Shown: piece by piece, positions 18,407-28,475 of the stretch | Layout of the letters: each line of letters starts with the position of its first letter | How positions within the stretch are numbered: the stretch's first letter is position 1 | Source: an uncultured Pseudomonadota bacterium | GTDB taxonomy: Bacteria > Pseudomonadota > Gammaproteobacteria > Natronospirales > CAVUBB01 | DNA: 64,000 nucleotides | Direction of reading: 5' to 3' | Assembly (NCBI GenBank): GCA_963739695.1 | Contig: CAVUBB010000006.1 | Location: 11,832 to 75,831, forward strand | Notes under the pieces: model-generated | The model's input: the letters and a program-made list of their open reading frames with translations, nothing else | What the model was told of the DNA's origin: nothing | Databases searched by the model: none | Position numbers and translations under genes: made by a program

Positions 18407-20800
18407 TTGAAACCATATCTGCGACGGACAGCGATGGCTATCGGCGGCTTGCTGCTCGTTGTCGTCCTCGGGGTCTATCTCGTCGTGCATGCCAGCCTCG
18501 CGCAACTCGACGGCACGGTGGCGCTGGTCGGACTGCAGGCCCCCGTGACCGTGGAACGCGACGATCTGGGCGTCCCCACAATCCACGCCGGCAACCGCGT
18601 CGATCTGTTCCGGGTACTCGGTTACCTGCACGCCCAGGATCGCTTTTTCCAGATGGACCTCATGCGCCGCTCGGCCGCGGGGGAACTGGCCGCCCTGGTC
18701 GGTCCGGCGGCCGTGCAGCTCGACGAGCGCCGCCGCCTGTTCCGTCTGCGCAGTGTTGCCAGGAAGGTGGTGCTCGCCGCGACGGACAAGCAGAAGGCAC
18801 TGCTCGAAGCCTATGCACTGGGCGTGAATGAGGGCCTGCAGGCGCTCGATGCACGCCCGTTCGAATATACGCTGCTCGGCCTGAGTCCCGAGCGCTGGCG
18901 CCCGGAAGATTCGGTTCTGGTGATCTACGCGATGTATTTCGATCTCGAAGACGGCTTCGATCGTCACGAGACGGCCTACGCTGTCATGCACAAGACATTG
19001 CCGGGTCCGGTGTTCGCTTTCCTGCTCCCGCACGGCACCCCCTGGGACGCGCCGGTCGCCGGCGCGCCCATCGCCATGCCGCCGGTGCCGGCTGAGGGCG
19101 TGTTCGACCTCGCGGCGGCGCTGCGCGGTCGCGCCGATTCCGGCGGTGGCTCCGGTACCGCGGGCCCGGACGAGATCAAGGGCAGTAACAACTGGGCAGT
19201 CGGCGGCGCGCTCACCGAAGACGGCAGTGCGATCCTGGCCAACGACATGCATCTCGGTCTGCGTCTGCCCAACACCTGGTATCGTGCGCGCTGGGTCTTG
19301 CCCGACGGTTCCGAGCGTGACGGCAAACGCGAGGTGACCGGAGTGACACTGCCGGGCGTCCCCGCGATGGTCGTCGGCAGCAACCGCCACGTCGCCTGGG
19401 GCTTTACCGACAGCTACGGCGATTGGTCGGATCTGGTCGACCTGCACACCGATGCGGACCACCCCGGTGCTTATCTGACCCCTGATGGATATCAGAGCTT
19501 CACGATCCATCAGGAGACGATCAAGGTGGCCGGCGCAGCTGCGCGCAGATTGGTGGTGCGCGATACCATCTGGGGCCCGGTATTGCCGGCGCAACCCGAC
19601 GGGGTGCTGCGGGCGATCCACTGGCTGGGCGCCATCCCGTCTGCGACCAACCTTGGTCTGGCGGCGATGGAACGCGCCCACGATGTGGAGTCGGCGCTGG
19701 ATGTCGCCGCGACTGCGGGTATGCCCGACCAGAACTTCGTTGCCGCCGACGAGAACGGCAATATCGGCTGGACCATCGCCGGGCGCATACCGCGACGCAA
19801 GGGTGACGTCGACTGGCGCTTGCCGCAGGACTGGTCCAAAGGCGACATCGGCTGGGATGGCTGGCTCAAGCCGGATGAATACCCCCGCATCGTGAACCCC
19901 AAGGGCGACCGCATCTGGACGGCCAATGCTCGCGTCGTGGACGGCCCCATGCTCAAGCTCATCGGCGACGGCGGCTATCCTCTCGGTGCACGCGCGGGGC
20001 AGATCCGAGACGACCTCAAAGGCATCGCTCAGGCCACGCCCGAAGCGATGCTGCATATCCAGCTCGATGACCGCGCGCTGTTTCTCCAGCACTGGCACGA
20101 TCTGCTGCTCGACACCCTCGACGATCAGGCGCTGCAAGGCCATCCGCGTCGCACGGCCTTTCGCCATGCGCTCGAGGAATGGCGCGGCCGCGCCGCCGTC
20201 GATTCGGTGGGCTACCGTCTCGTGCGCGAATTCCGCGACCGCGTAAGTGCGGACGAGAAGGATGCGATCTTCAGCGTCTGCAAGCAGGTTTATCCGACGT
20301 TTCAGGGTCCGCCCATGTGGGAGTTCGAGGGCCCGTTGTGGGCGATGATCTCGGCTCATGCGCGTAATTTCCTGCCCCCCGGCTATGCGACCTGGCGGGA
20401 GCTGTTCCTGCACGAGATCGATGCGCTGCTGACGAGATACTGGTCGGACGGAGGCGGCCTGGTCGGGCATACCTGGGGTCAGCGCAACATGGTGCGCATC
20501 CGCCATCCCCTGAGCTTCGCGGTACCGCTGCTCGGCCGTTTCCTCGATGCTCCGGTGATGGCTTTGCCGGGTGACAGCAACATGCCGCGCGTCCAGGCAC
20601 CGGCGTTCGGTGCTTCCGAACGTATGGTGGTCTCGCCGGGCCACGAGGCCCAAGGCATCTTCCATATGCCCGGCGGGCAGAGCGGCAATCCCTTGTCGCC
20701 GTACTACCTCAAAGGCCTCGATGCCTGGGCCAATGGCGAACCGACGCCGTTCCTGCCGGGCGAACCACGGCATGTGCTGCGCTTCGAGGCGACGCCCTGA
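18407..20800 (+). CDS. Penicillin acylase family Ntn-hydrolase (acyl-homoserine-lactone acylase-like)
   Basis: 797 aa. N-terminal signal/anchor, the GSNNWAV block containing the nucleophilic Ser of the beta subunit, and overall PvdQ/QuiP-like length. The start codon at 18407 is TTG; ATG 18434 is an alternative. Confidence 0.85.
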   Translation: MKPYLRRTAMAIGGLLLVVVLGVYLVVHASLAQLDGTVALVGLQAPVTVERDDLGVPTIHAGNRVDLFRVLGYLHAQDRFFQMDLMRRSAAGELAALVGPAAVQLDERRRLFRLRSVARKVVLAATDKQKALLEAYALGVNEGLQALDARPFEYTLLGLSPERWRPEDSVLVIYAMYFDLEDGFDRHETAYAVMHKTLPGPVFAFLLPHGTPWDAPVAGAPIAMPPVPAEGVFDLAAALRGRADSGGGSGTAGPDEIKGSNNWAVGGALTEDGSAILANDMHLGLRLPNTWYRARWVLPDGSERDGKREVTGVTLPGVPAMVVGSNRHVAWGFTDSYGDWSDLVDLHTDADHPGAYLTPDGYQSFTIHQETIKVAGAAARRLVVRDTIWGPVLPAQPDGVLRAIHWLGAIPSATNLGLAAMERAHDVESALDVAATAGMPDQNFVAADENGNIGWTIAGRIPRRKGDVDWRLPQDWSKGDIGWDGWLKPDEYPRIVNPKGDRIWTANARVVDGPMLKLIGDGGYPLGARAGQIRDDLKGIAQATPEAMLHIQLDDRALFLQHWHDLLLDTLDDQALQGHPRRTAFRHALEEWRGRAAVDSVGYRLVREFRDRVSADEKDAIFSVCKQVYPTFQGPPMWEFEGPLWAMISAHARNFLPPGYATWRELFLHEIDALLTRYWSDGGGLVGHTWGQRNMVRIRHPLSFAVPLLGRFLDAPVMALPGDSNMPRVQAPAFGASERMVVSPGHEAQGIFHMPGGQSGNPLSPYYLKGLDAWANGEPTPFLPGEPRHVLRFEATP

Positions 20801-20936
20801 CCGCTGCGGCACCGCTTTGTTGACGAGGTTCACAGATTGACAGCCCCGGGCTTGCATGCAGGTCCTTGGCAGGCTTAGAAAGGTTGTACGGGCTGCGCCA
20901 GCGGCCACGTATACGGATCCGCAGATGGAGACGCAG

Positions 20937-21941
20937 ATGCCTATCGATGCCTATGCAGTGCGACGGCCCGGACAGGCCCTGGATCGCTTCCAGTACGAGC
21001 CCGAGCCGCTTGGCGCAGACGATATCGAGATCGAGATCACACATTGCGGGATCTGTCACAGCGATATCCACCTGATCAAGAACGAATGGGGGATCAACGA
21101 GTATCCGCTGGTGCCCGGGCACGAGATCGTCGGCACGGTCCGCGAGCTTGGCGAATCGGTCACCGGGCTCAGGGTGGGGCAGCGCGTCGGCGTCGGCTGG
21201 CAGCGCAGCAGTTGTCTGGAATGCGGGCCGTGCGCTGACGGTGACGAGAATCTGTGCACTCGCCTGGAGGCGACCTGCATCGGACACTACGGCGGCTTCG
21301 CCTCCACCATCCGGACCGACTCGCGTTTCGCCTTCCCGATTCCCGATGCTCTGGACTCGGCCGCAGCCGCGCCGTTGCTCTGCGCCGGGATCACCGTATT
21401 CGCACCCTTGCGCCGCCATGGCGTGGGCCGCGGTTCGCGTATCGGCGTACTGGGTGTCGGTGGGCTCGGCCATCTCGCGATCCAGTTTGCCAACGCCCTG
21501 GGTGCTGAAGTGACGGCGCTTTCGTCGTCGCCCGGCAAGCAGACCGACGCACTCAACATGGGCGCCGATCACTTCATCGACACCAGCGACAGTGCCAAGC
21601 TCAAGCGTGCGGGGCGGTCGCTGGACTTCATCCTGAGTACGGTCAGTGCCGACGTCGAATGGGTCGACTTCCTCGCCATGCTCAAGCCCAACGGCATGCT
21701 TTGCCTGGTCGGTGTGCCCAATCGTCCTGTCACTATCCCCGCGTTCTCGCTCATCGGCGGACAGAAAGGGATCGTGGGCAGTGCCATCGGCGGTCGTCAC
21801 GCGATGCGAGAGATGCTGGACTTCGCCGCCGTGCATGGTATCCGCCCCCGCATCGAGACCATGCCACTGAGTCAGGTGAATCTCGCCGTCAGCAAGGTCG
21901 AGGCGAACAAGGCGCGGTACCGTATCGTGCTCGAGGTCTGA
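20937..21941 (+). CDS. Zinc-dependent NAD(P) alcohol dehydrogenase (cinnamyl-alcohol-DH/YahK-like)
   Basis: CGICHSDIH, GHEIVGTV, the C-x2-C-x2-C-x7-C structural zinc site (CLECGPCADGDENLC) and GVGGLGH Rossmann motif. ATG 20937 follows GGAG; ATG 20925 is an alternative. Confidence 0.88.
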   Translation: MPIDAYAVRRPGQALDRFQYEPEPLGADDIEIEITHCGICHSDIHLIKNEWGINEYPLVPGHEIVGTVRELGESVTGLRVGQRVGVGWQRSSCLECGPCADGDENLCTRLEATCIGHYGGFASTIRTDSRFAFPIPDALDSAAAAPLLCAGITVFAPLRRHGVGRGSRIGVLGVGGLGHLAIQFANALGAEVTALSSSPGKQTDALNMGADHFIDTSDSAKLKRAGRSLDFILSTVSADVEWVDFLAMLKPNGMLCLVGVPNRPVTIPAFSLIGGQKGIVGSAIGGRHAMREMLDFAAVHGIRPRIETMPLSQVNLAVSKVEANKARYRIVLEV

Positions 21942-21995
21942 TTCCGGCCGAGCTCGCGCTTGCGCCACCGCTGAGTGCGCGTACACTTTTGCGGG

Positions 21996-23171
21996 ATGTC
22001 ACTCGCGACCCACAATGACTCGCCCTTGGTCCGCGTCGGTCTGGTCCTTCCCGGCGGCGGCGCACGCGCGGCCTACCAGGCCGGCGTGCTAAAGGCCGTG
22101 GCCGAGATCCTGCCCGAGGGCATGCCCAACCCATTTCCAGTCATCACCGGAACCTCGGCGGGTGCCATCAACGCTACCCTGCTGGCGAGCAACGCACTGC
22201 GTTTCCACGAAGGTGTGGAACGACTGGTCGGTATCTGGGAGAACCTTCACGTCGATCGGGTGTTCCGCTCGGATTCGTGGACCATCCTGCGCCACGGTCT
22301 GCACTGGTTGCTGGCGCTGGTATATGGTGGGCTCGGCGGCGCCAATCCGCGTTCGCTGCTCGACAATCGGCCATTGCGCGGTCTGCTCGAACAGCATATC
22401 CGCTTCGCGCACATCCAGCAGGCGATCGATGCCGGCGCGCTGGATGCGCTTTCGCTGACGGCGTCCGGCTATACAACGGCGCGTTCGGTCTGCTTCTTCC
22501 AGGGCAACGAGCGCGTGCAGCCGTGGACGCGCACGCGCCGCAGCGGCGTGCGCGCGGATATCACTCTGGATCACGTCATGGCGTCGGTTGCACTGCCGAT
22601 CATCTTCCCCGCCGTCCGCGTCGGACGCGAATATCTCGGCGATGGCTCCATGCGCCAGGCCGCGCCGCTCAGCGCCGCGATCCACACTGGCGCCGAGCGC
22701 TTGTTCATCATCGCCGTGCGCAACGAATCAGCCAACCCGTTGCCGGGTGAAGACATGCCGGTACCGTACCCGTCGTTTGGCGATATCGCCGGCTACATGC
22801 TGGATACGCTGTTCATGGACAGCTTGTATGTCGATCTCGAACGCCTGCATCGCATCAACCGCACCTATGGCCATTTCCCCGACGACGACCGCGGCCCGGG
22901 CACGCCGGATCTGCGTGTCGTCAACACCCTGCTGATGGCGCCGAGCGAGGACATCCGCGAGATCGCCCGGCGCCATCGCGACGAGTTTCCACGCGCCGTA
23001 CGTCTGCTGCTGAAGGGGGTCGGGGCCGGACGCCACACCGGTGCTCAGCTGATCAGCTATCTGCTGTTCGAGGCGGGGTACTGCCGCGAGTTGATCGAGC
23101 TCGGTCATCGCGACGGCTTGGCCCGCCGTGACGAGATCGAGCCATTTCTGCGCGGAGCGAGCATCGCCTAG
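21996..23171 (+). CDS. Patatin-like phospholipase
   Basis: [18 protein letters not shown] (oxyanion GGGxR) and GTSAGAINA (GxSxG nucleophile). Start uncertain: ATG 21996 versus ORF-track 21975. Confidence 0.85.
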   Translation: MSLATHNDSPLVRVGLVLPGGGARAAYQAGVLKAVAEILPEGMPNPFPVITGTSAGAINATLLASNALRFHEGVERLVGIWENLHVDRVFRSDSWTILRHGLHWLLALVYGGLGGANPRSLLDNRPLRGLLEQHIRFAHIQQAIDAGALDALSLTASGYTTARSVCFFQGNERVQPWTRTRRSGVRADITLDHVMASVALPIIFPAVRVGREYLGDGSMRQAAPLSAAIHTGAERLFIIAVRNESANPLPGEDMPVPYPSFGDIAGYMLDTLFMDSLYVDLERLHRINRTYGHFPDDDRGPGTPDLRVVNTLLMAPSEDIREIARRHRDEFPRAVRLLLKGVGAGRHTGAQLISYLLFEAGYCRELIELGHRDGLARRDEIEPFLRGASIA

Positions 23172-23195
23172 ATCCGGGCGGTGCCCGGCGCGGCG

Positions 23196-24935
23196 CTACG
23201 CTTCCTGGTTCAGACTGTCGAGTATCGCCAGCGAGCGCGCCGGATCGTCGCTGCGCAACAGGCGCTGGGTCAGGTTGTGCAGGCTGCGCGTATCCGCAGA
23301 GACGACGATGTCCTTCACGGCCAACAGGTTCGCCGGATGCATGCTGAAGTCGCGCAATCCGAGGCCGAGCAGGAGCCGCGTGTAGCGCGGATCGCCCGCC
23401 ATCTCTCCACACATCGCCACCGGTGTCCCGGTGCGCCGTCCGGCCTGCAGGGTCAGCGAGATCAGCCTGAGGATCGCCGGGTGTACGGGGTCGTAGAGAT
23501 GATTGACGGCGTGATCGTTGCGATCGATGGCGAGCGTGTACTGGATCAGGTCGTTGGTGCCGATGGACAGGAAGTCGGCTTCGCGAGCGATGTGACCGGC
23601 CGAGAGTGCCGCCGCAGGAATCTCGATCATGGCGCCGACCGGTACCTTGGCGTCGAAGCGCTTGCGTTCTCTGGCCAGGGCGGCCTTCGCCGCTTCGAGC
23701 AATTCCAGCGCCTGTCTCATCTCGCGGGCGCTCGCGACCATCGGCAGCATGATGCGCAGCGGACCATAGGCCGCCGCTCGCAGCAAGGCCCGCAATTGCG
23801 GCATGAACAACGAGGGTTCGCGCAGACAGAGCCTGATCGCGCGCAGACCGAGCGCGGGGTTGGAGCCCGGTTCGGGCCCCGGCGTCACGCCCGCCAGCGG
23901 TTTGTCGGCACCAAGATCGAGGGTACGGATGACCACCGCTTCGCCACGTGCGGCGGTGAGGATGCGCCGGTAGGCCTTGAACTGTTCTTCTTCGCCGGGC
24001 AGGTCGGTCCGATTCAGATACAGGAATTCCGTGCGATACAGACCGACACCGGCAGCTCCGGCACGACGCATCGCTGCGATGTCCTCCGGCAGTTCGATAT
24101 TGGCGCGCAGCGAGACCGGCTCGCGGTCGCGCGTCTGCGCAGGTGCGGATCGAAGCCTGTGCAGTCTTCGCTGGTCGCGCGTGAGTTGCCGCCGGCGCTC
24201 CTGGTAGTGGGCAAGCACGTGTTCGTCGGCGCCCGCCAGCACCATCCCGGAGTCGCCGTCGATGATCAGGGTCTCGTTGTCCGTCAGGATGCGTCGCGCG
24301 TGGCGCACGCCGGCCACCGCGGGAATCTCCAGGCTGCGTGCGAGGATGCTCGGGTGTGAGAGCGGACCGCCGCGTTCGGTAACGATGGCGGCGATGCCGC
24401 GCGCATGCATGGCGACGACGTCCGCCGGGCCGATCTCGGCGGCGACCAGTATCGCCGGCTGCTCCGGGTCCAGTGCCGGCTCGTCGCCGAGATCGGACCG
24501 GGCAAGCTGTTCCTGGATACGGCGCACGACGTGGGTGATGTCCTCGATGCGGCTCTGCAGGTAGGGGTCGGCGATCTCGTTGAAGGCGCGGGTCAGGGCA
24601 TCACGCTGCAGGCGCAGCGCCCACTCGGCATTGCACATCCGTTCGCGGATGACGTTCTCGACACCTTCGGTGAGCGCCGCATCTTCGAGCATCAGCAGGT
24701 GGGAATCGATGAATGCCGCGATCTCTGCCGAGCGATGGCGCTCGGTCCAATGGCGCAGTCTGGAGAGTTCCTTGCGTACACCACGCACGGCGCCGCGATA
24801 GCGGCGCAGCTCGGCGTTCAGTTCGCCGGCAGCGATGGTGCGTTCGGTAACATCGAGGTCGGCCACCGACATCAGGCGCGCACGTCCGATCACCACGCCG
24901 CGGGAGACGCCGACACCGGCAAGCAGCAGGCTCAC
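23196..24935 (-). CDS. ptsP: Phosphoenolpyruvate-protein phosphotransferase (Enzyme I), no N-terminal GAF domain
   Basis: EI motifs present: GGPLSHPSILARSLEIPAV (phospho-His region), LDLGADKP, FLSIGTNDLIQYTLA, CGEMAGDP. Start set at GTG 24935, 7 nt after AGGAG, giving about 579 aa with the EI-like N-terminus SLLLAGVGVSRGVVIGRA. Confidence 0.88.
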   Translation of the reverse strand: MSLLLAGVGVSRGVVIGRARLMSVADLDVTERTIAAGELNAELRRYRGAVRGVRKELSRLRHWTERHRSAEIAAFIDSHLLMLEDAALTEGVENVIRERMCNAEWALRLQRDALTRAFNEIADPYLQSRIEDITHVVRRIQEQLARSDLGDEPALDPEQPAILVAAEIGPADVVAMHARGIAAIVTERGGPLSHPSILARSLEIPAVAGVRHARRILTDNETLIIDGDSGMVLAGADEHVLAHYQERRRQLTRDQRRLHRLRSAPAQTRDREPVSLRANIELPEDIAAMRRAGAAGVGLYRTEFLYLNRTDLPGEEEQFKAYRRILTAARGEAVVIRTLDLGADKPLAGVTPGPEPGSNPALGLRAIRLCLREPSLFMPQLRALLRAAAYGPLRIMLPMVASAREMRQALELLEAAKAALARERKRFDAKVPVGAMIEIPAAALSAGHIAREADFLSIGTNDLIQYTLAIDRNDHAVNHLYDPVHPAILRLISLTLQAGRRTGTPVAMCGEMAGDPRYTRLLLGLGLRDFSMHPANLLAVKDIVVSADTRSLHNLTQRLLRSDDPARSLAILDSLNQEA

Positions 24936-24963
24936 GAGATATCTCCTGGCATGCGCCGCGCGT

Positions 24964-25233
24964 TCATCGGTCCTCCCCGAAACGCTCTTCCACCAGTTCT
25001 GCGAGTGCATCGAGCGCGGCCGCCGCGTCGTCGCCCTCGGCACGCAGATGCATTCGCGTGCCTTTGCTCGCCGCGAGCATCAACAGGGCCATGATGCTCT
25101 TGCCATTCACTTCGCGGGCGCCGGCACGTACACGGATCTCGCATCGAAACGCCGATGCGGTGGTCACGAAGCGTGCTGCCGCACGTGCGTGCATCCCGAG
25201 TTTGTTGACGATCAGGACATCGCGTTCCGCCAT
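24964..25233 (-). CDS. ptsO: HPr-family phosphocarrier protein (NPr-like)
   Basis: 89 aa MAERDVLIVNKLGMHARAAARF (His15 motif) and GKSIMALLML (Ser46 region). Located directly after rapZ, as npr/ptsO is in E. coli. Confidence 0.85.
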   Translation of the reverse strand: MAERDVLIVNKLGMHARAAARFVTTASAFRCEIRVRAGAREVNGKSIMALLMLAASKGTRMHLRAEGDDAAAALDALAELVEERFGEDR

Positions 25234-25243
25234 GCCAGGGCGC

Positions 25244-26101
25244 TCATTCGAGAGCCGCATGGCGCACGAGTACGTTCTGGTAACTTGCCTTGAAATGTGT
25301 CGCCAGACTTTCGGCGAGGAAGACCGAGCGGTGCTGGCCTCCGGTGCAGCCGATGGCGACGGTGATATAGCTGCGATTGTTGGCCTCGAAGTGTGGGATC
25401 CAGCGCTCGAGGTAGCGGATGATGTCGTTCTGCATCTGCATCACCAGTTGATGGCTTTCCAGATAATCGATCACGTCCGGATCGCGCCCGGTCTGAGCGC
25501 GCAGCGCAGGCTCCCAATGCGGATTGGGCAGGCAGCGAGCATCGAAAACAAGATCGGCGTCGTCGGGTATGCCGTGGCGGTAGCCGAAGGACTCGAACAG
25601 CAGGGAGACCGAGTGTTCTTCGCGCCCGTGCACTCGCTCCTTGATCAGACTGCGTAACTGATGGATCGTAAGGTGCGTGGTGTCGATCGTCAGATCGGCA
25701 TGTTCCGAGATCGGTGCGAGCATCTCGCGCTCGCTCTCCATGGCGTCACGCAGACTGCGCTCGGCGCCGGACAGCGGATGCCGCCGGCGAGTCTCGCTGA
25801 AGCGCTTGAACAGCGTCTCCTGCTCGGCACTCAGAAAGACCACATCACACAGCGCGCCCAGCCTGCGTATCTCTTCGACTATCTCGGGCAGGGAGTGGAT
25901 GTCTTCCGGGCGGTTTCGTGCATCCACGCCGATGGCCATGCGCGAGTAGGCACGGTCGCCGCTTAGCGCCGTCGATTGAGCGACCGTGCGCAGCAACCGG
26001 GCGGGGATGTTGTCGATGCAGTAATAGCCCAGATCCTCGAGCATGTTGATGGCGACGGATTTGCCCGATCCTGAAAGTCCGCTGAGGATGACGAGTCTCA
26101 T
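25244..26101 (-). CDS. rapZ: RNase adapter protein RapZ (YhbJ)
   Basis: 285 aa from ATG 26101. MRLVILSGLSGSGKS Walker A, FDARCLPNPHW and IGCTGGQHRSV are conserved RapZ blocks. Confidence 0.92.
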   Translation of the reverse strand: MRLVILSGLSGSGKSVAINMLEDLGYYCIDNIPARLLRTVAQSTALSGDRAYSRMAIGVDARNRPEDIHSLPEIVEEIRRLGALCDVVFLSAEQETLFKRFSETRRRHPLSGAERSLRDAMESEREMLAPISEHADLTIDTTHLTIHQLRSLIKERVHGREEHSVSLLFESFGYRHGIPDDADLVFDARCLPNPHWEPALRAQTGRDPDVIDYLESHQLVMQMQNDIIRYLERWIPHFEANNRSYITVAIGCTGGQHRSVFLAESLATHFKASYQNVLVRHAALE

Positions 26102-26162
26102 ACTGGGGTCCCGGCTCGTGGATGGATATGGCGTTTCAGGCGGTATCCGGCGGAGCGCGATC

Positions 26163-26636
26163 TCAGGCGGTCTCGCGCCGGCCCTGCGGGCCGCGGCATA
26201 GCAGATCGTAGAGCGCGCGGCTGTTTGGGGAAGTGCGCAATTCCGCACAGAAATCCGTATCGTTAAAACTCTCGGCGAGCAGTGCCAGCAGCCGCAGATG
26301 TTGCTCATCGCATTGCGTGGGTACCAGCAGCGCGAACAGCATGTCCACAGGCTGGCCATCCGCGGCGCCGTAATCGACCGGGTCGGACAGGCGGATGAAA
26401 GCGCCGATACTCCCTGCAAGCTCTCCGATCCGGCCATGGGGTATGGCGACCCCATGGCCGACGCCGGTACTGCCCAGGCGTTCGCGCCCGACCATGCTGG
26501 CGAAGATGTCGGCCTGGCTCAGGTCATCCTGGCTCTTGGCGCACATCTCGCTGAGCACTTCCAGAGCACGTTTCTTGCTCTTGGCGTCGATATTTGCCGC
26601 GACGCGTCCGGGCGCGATGAGTTGAGATATTTCCAT
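26163..26636 (-). CDS. ptsN: PTS IIA-like nitrogen regulatory protein PtsN (EIIA-Ntr)
   Basis: 157 aa with KKRALEVLSEM and GVGHGVAIPHGR (phospho-His motif). Sits in the conserved rpoN-hpf-ptsN position. Confidence 0.92.
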   Translation of the reverse strand: MEISQLIAPGRVAANIDAKSKKRALEVLSEMCAKSQDDLSQADIFASMVGRERLGSTGVGHGVAIPHGRIGELAGSIGAFIRLSDPVDYGAADGQPVDMLFALLVPTQCDEQHLRLLALLAESFNDTDFCAELRTSPNSRALYDLLCRGPQGRRETA

Positions 26637-26643
26637 TGCTGCC

Positions 26644-26967
26644 TCAGGAAAAAGTACCGTTCTTGGGCGCTTCCTTGGCGTGATGATCCTTGCGCTTTTC
26701 CTTGACCTTCTTCACCTGCCGGTCGAGCTTGTCCACGAGCTGGTCGATGGCAGCATACATGTCTTCTTCCACGGCGTCGGCAAAAAGTTTGCCCCCGGCG
26801 ACATGTATGGTGGCTTCCGCCTTGTGCTGGAGCTTCTCGACCGTGAGCACTACGTGGATGTCGGTGACGTTGTCGAAGTGGCGCTCCAGGCGCTCGATCT
26901 TGGAGTCCACGTAGCTACGGAGTGCGGGCGTGATCTCGACGTGATGGCCGGTTAGATTCATTTGCAT
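26644..26967 (-). CDS. hpf: Ribosome hibernation promoting factor (sigma-54 modulation protein)
   Basis: 107 aa starting MQMNLTGHHVEITPALRSYV, collinear with E. coli Hpf MQLNITGNNVEIT. Confidence 0.92.
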   Translation of the reverse strand: MQMNLTGHHVEITPALRSYVDSKIERLERHFDNVTDIHVVLTVEKLQHKAEATIHVAGGKLFADAVEEDMYAAIDQLVDKLDRQVKKVKEKRKDHHAKEAPKNGTFS

Positions 26968-26996
26968 GATCAGCTCCTTTCAGACTTCTATGGACC

Positions 26997-28382
26997 TTAC
27001 CTCATGACGAGGCGTTTGCGCTCATGACTCGGAGGGATGGTCATCGACTCGCGATATTTCGCGACCGTGCGCCGTGCGACCTCGATCCCACGGTGCATGA
27101 GCGTCTCTGCGATCTTGCCGTCGCTCAGCGGTTTGCGCGGATTCTCCTCGGCGATCAGCGCGCGGATCATGGCACGGATGGCGGTGGCTGAGCAGGCGCC
27201 GCCGTCCGTGGTACTGACATGACTTGAGAAGAAATACTTGAATTCGTAGATGCCTCTGGGCGTGAGCATGTATTTGTGCGTGGTCACCCGCGACACGGTG
27301 GACTCATGCATGTCCAGTTGCTCGGCGACATCGCGCAGCACCATCGGGCGCATCGCGACCTCGCCGTGAGTCATGAACTCGGCCTGCATCCTGGCGATGC
27401 AATCGGCAACCCGCATGAGGGTCTCGTTGCGCATGTCCAGGCTGCGGATCAACCAGCGTGCCTCCTGCAGCTGGCGCCGGATCTCGGGATGACTGGAACC
27501 GCGTCCGTCGAGACTCGAGGCGTAGGCGGCGTTCACTTTCAGCCGCGGTGCGAGTTCCGGGTTCAGTTCGACCGTCCAGCCGGTCGCGCCACGCCGTACG
27601 GTGACGTCGGGAATCACATATTCGACCTCGCGTGGCGCGATGCGTCCGCCGGGGCGGGGGTCGAGGCTGCGGATCAGCTCTACCGCCGCGCTCAGCTCTT
27701 GCGGAGTGGCACCGAGCCGCCTGCTCAGGGTCTCCGCGCTCTCCCGTCCCAGCGCTTCGAGATGGGTATCCACGATGGCGTATGCCAATGCCTTGCCGGG
27801 CGTGGCTTCGGGCAGGACCTGGAGCTGGATAAGCAGGCACTCGCGCAGATCTCTCGCGGCGACGCCGAGCGGGTCGAAATGCTGGATACGGTGGCGGACA
27901 GCCTCTATCTCGTCTTCGTCGACCGCAAACTCGTCGCCGAGCGCGGCAACCACGGAACTGACGTCTTCGCGCAGGTAGCCGTCGTCATCGAGGGCGTCGA
28001 TGAGCGCCACGGCGATGGTGGCATCGCGTTCCGAGAAGGGGCACATGGCTTGCTGCCAGAGCAGGTGTTCGCGCAGCGAGTGGCCGGTCTCGGCCAGCTC
28101 CTGGCGCTCCCCCGCGTCCGCAGGCGGGCGGCCCCAGTCAGGCTGCGCCGTGGTATTGCGGTCGCGCCAGGCATCGAATTCGGCATCTTCGGGGTTGTCG
28201 TCCCATTCGGGGCCAGCCGGTTCGTCCGGCTCCTCGACTTCGAGCATCACATTGCTCTCGAGCGCTTCGGCGAGCGTCTCCTGAAGTTCGAGGGAAGAGA
28301 GTTGCAGCAGTTCCAGCGCCTGGCGCAACTGGGGTGTCATCGCCAGCTGCTGGCCCAGACGGAGCTGCAGACCCGGCTTCAC
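26997..28382 (-). CDS. rpoN: RNA polymerase sigma-54 factor
   Basis: 461 aa. N-terminal MKPGLQLRLGQQLAMTPQLRQALELLQLS and the C-terminal RpoN box ARRTVAKYRE. Confidence 0.97.
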   Translation of the reverse strand: MKPGLQLRLGQQLAMTPQLRQALELLQLSSLELQETLAEALESNVMLEVEEPDEPAGPEWDDNPEDAEFDAWRDRNTTAQPDWGRPPADAGERQELAETGHSLREHLLWQQAMCPFSERDATIAVALIDALDDDGYLREDVSSVVAALGDEFAVDEDEIEAVRHRIQHFDPLGVAARDLRECLLIQLQVLPEATPGKALAYAIVDTHLEALGRESAETLSRRLGATPQELSAAVELIRSLDPRPGGRIAPREVEYVIPDVTVRRGATGWTVELNPELAPRLKVNAAYASSLDGRGSSHPEIRRQLQEARWLIRSLDMRNETLMRVADCIARMQAEFMTHGEVAMRPMVLRDVAEQLDMHESTVSRVTTHKYMLTPRGIYEFKYFFSSHVSTTDGGACSATAIRAMIRALIAEENPRKPLSDGKIAETLMHRGIEVARRTVAKYRESMTIPPSHERKRLVMR

Positions 28383-28475
28383 TGTGCGCCTCGGCCGCTG
28401 GCTGCGGCGGTGACGAAAGCCTTCCGGGCGGGAAGACCCCCCGGGCTGGAGAACGACGTGATCGCCATACCTAAC

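Noticed and set aside
20093-20108. Sigma-54-like TGGCACGATCTGCTGC.
   Set aside because: It lies inside the acylase coding region, and the -12 element does not match TTGC at the correct spacing.
21996-23171. Patatin-like lipase as a CBASS/defence effector.
   Set aside because: No cyclase (CD-NTase), SMODS, TIR or other defence partner is adjacent. The neighbours are an alcohol dehydrogenase and the PTS/rpoN cluster, so a housekeeping RssA-like lipase is more likely.
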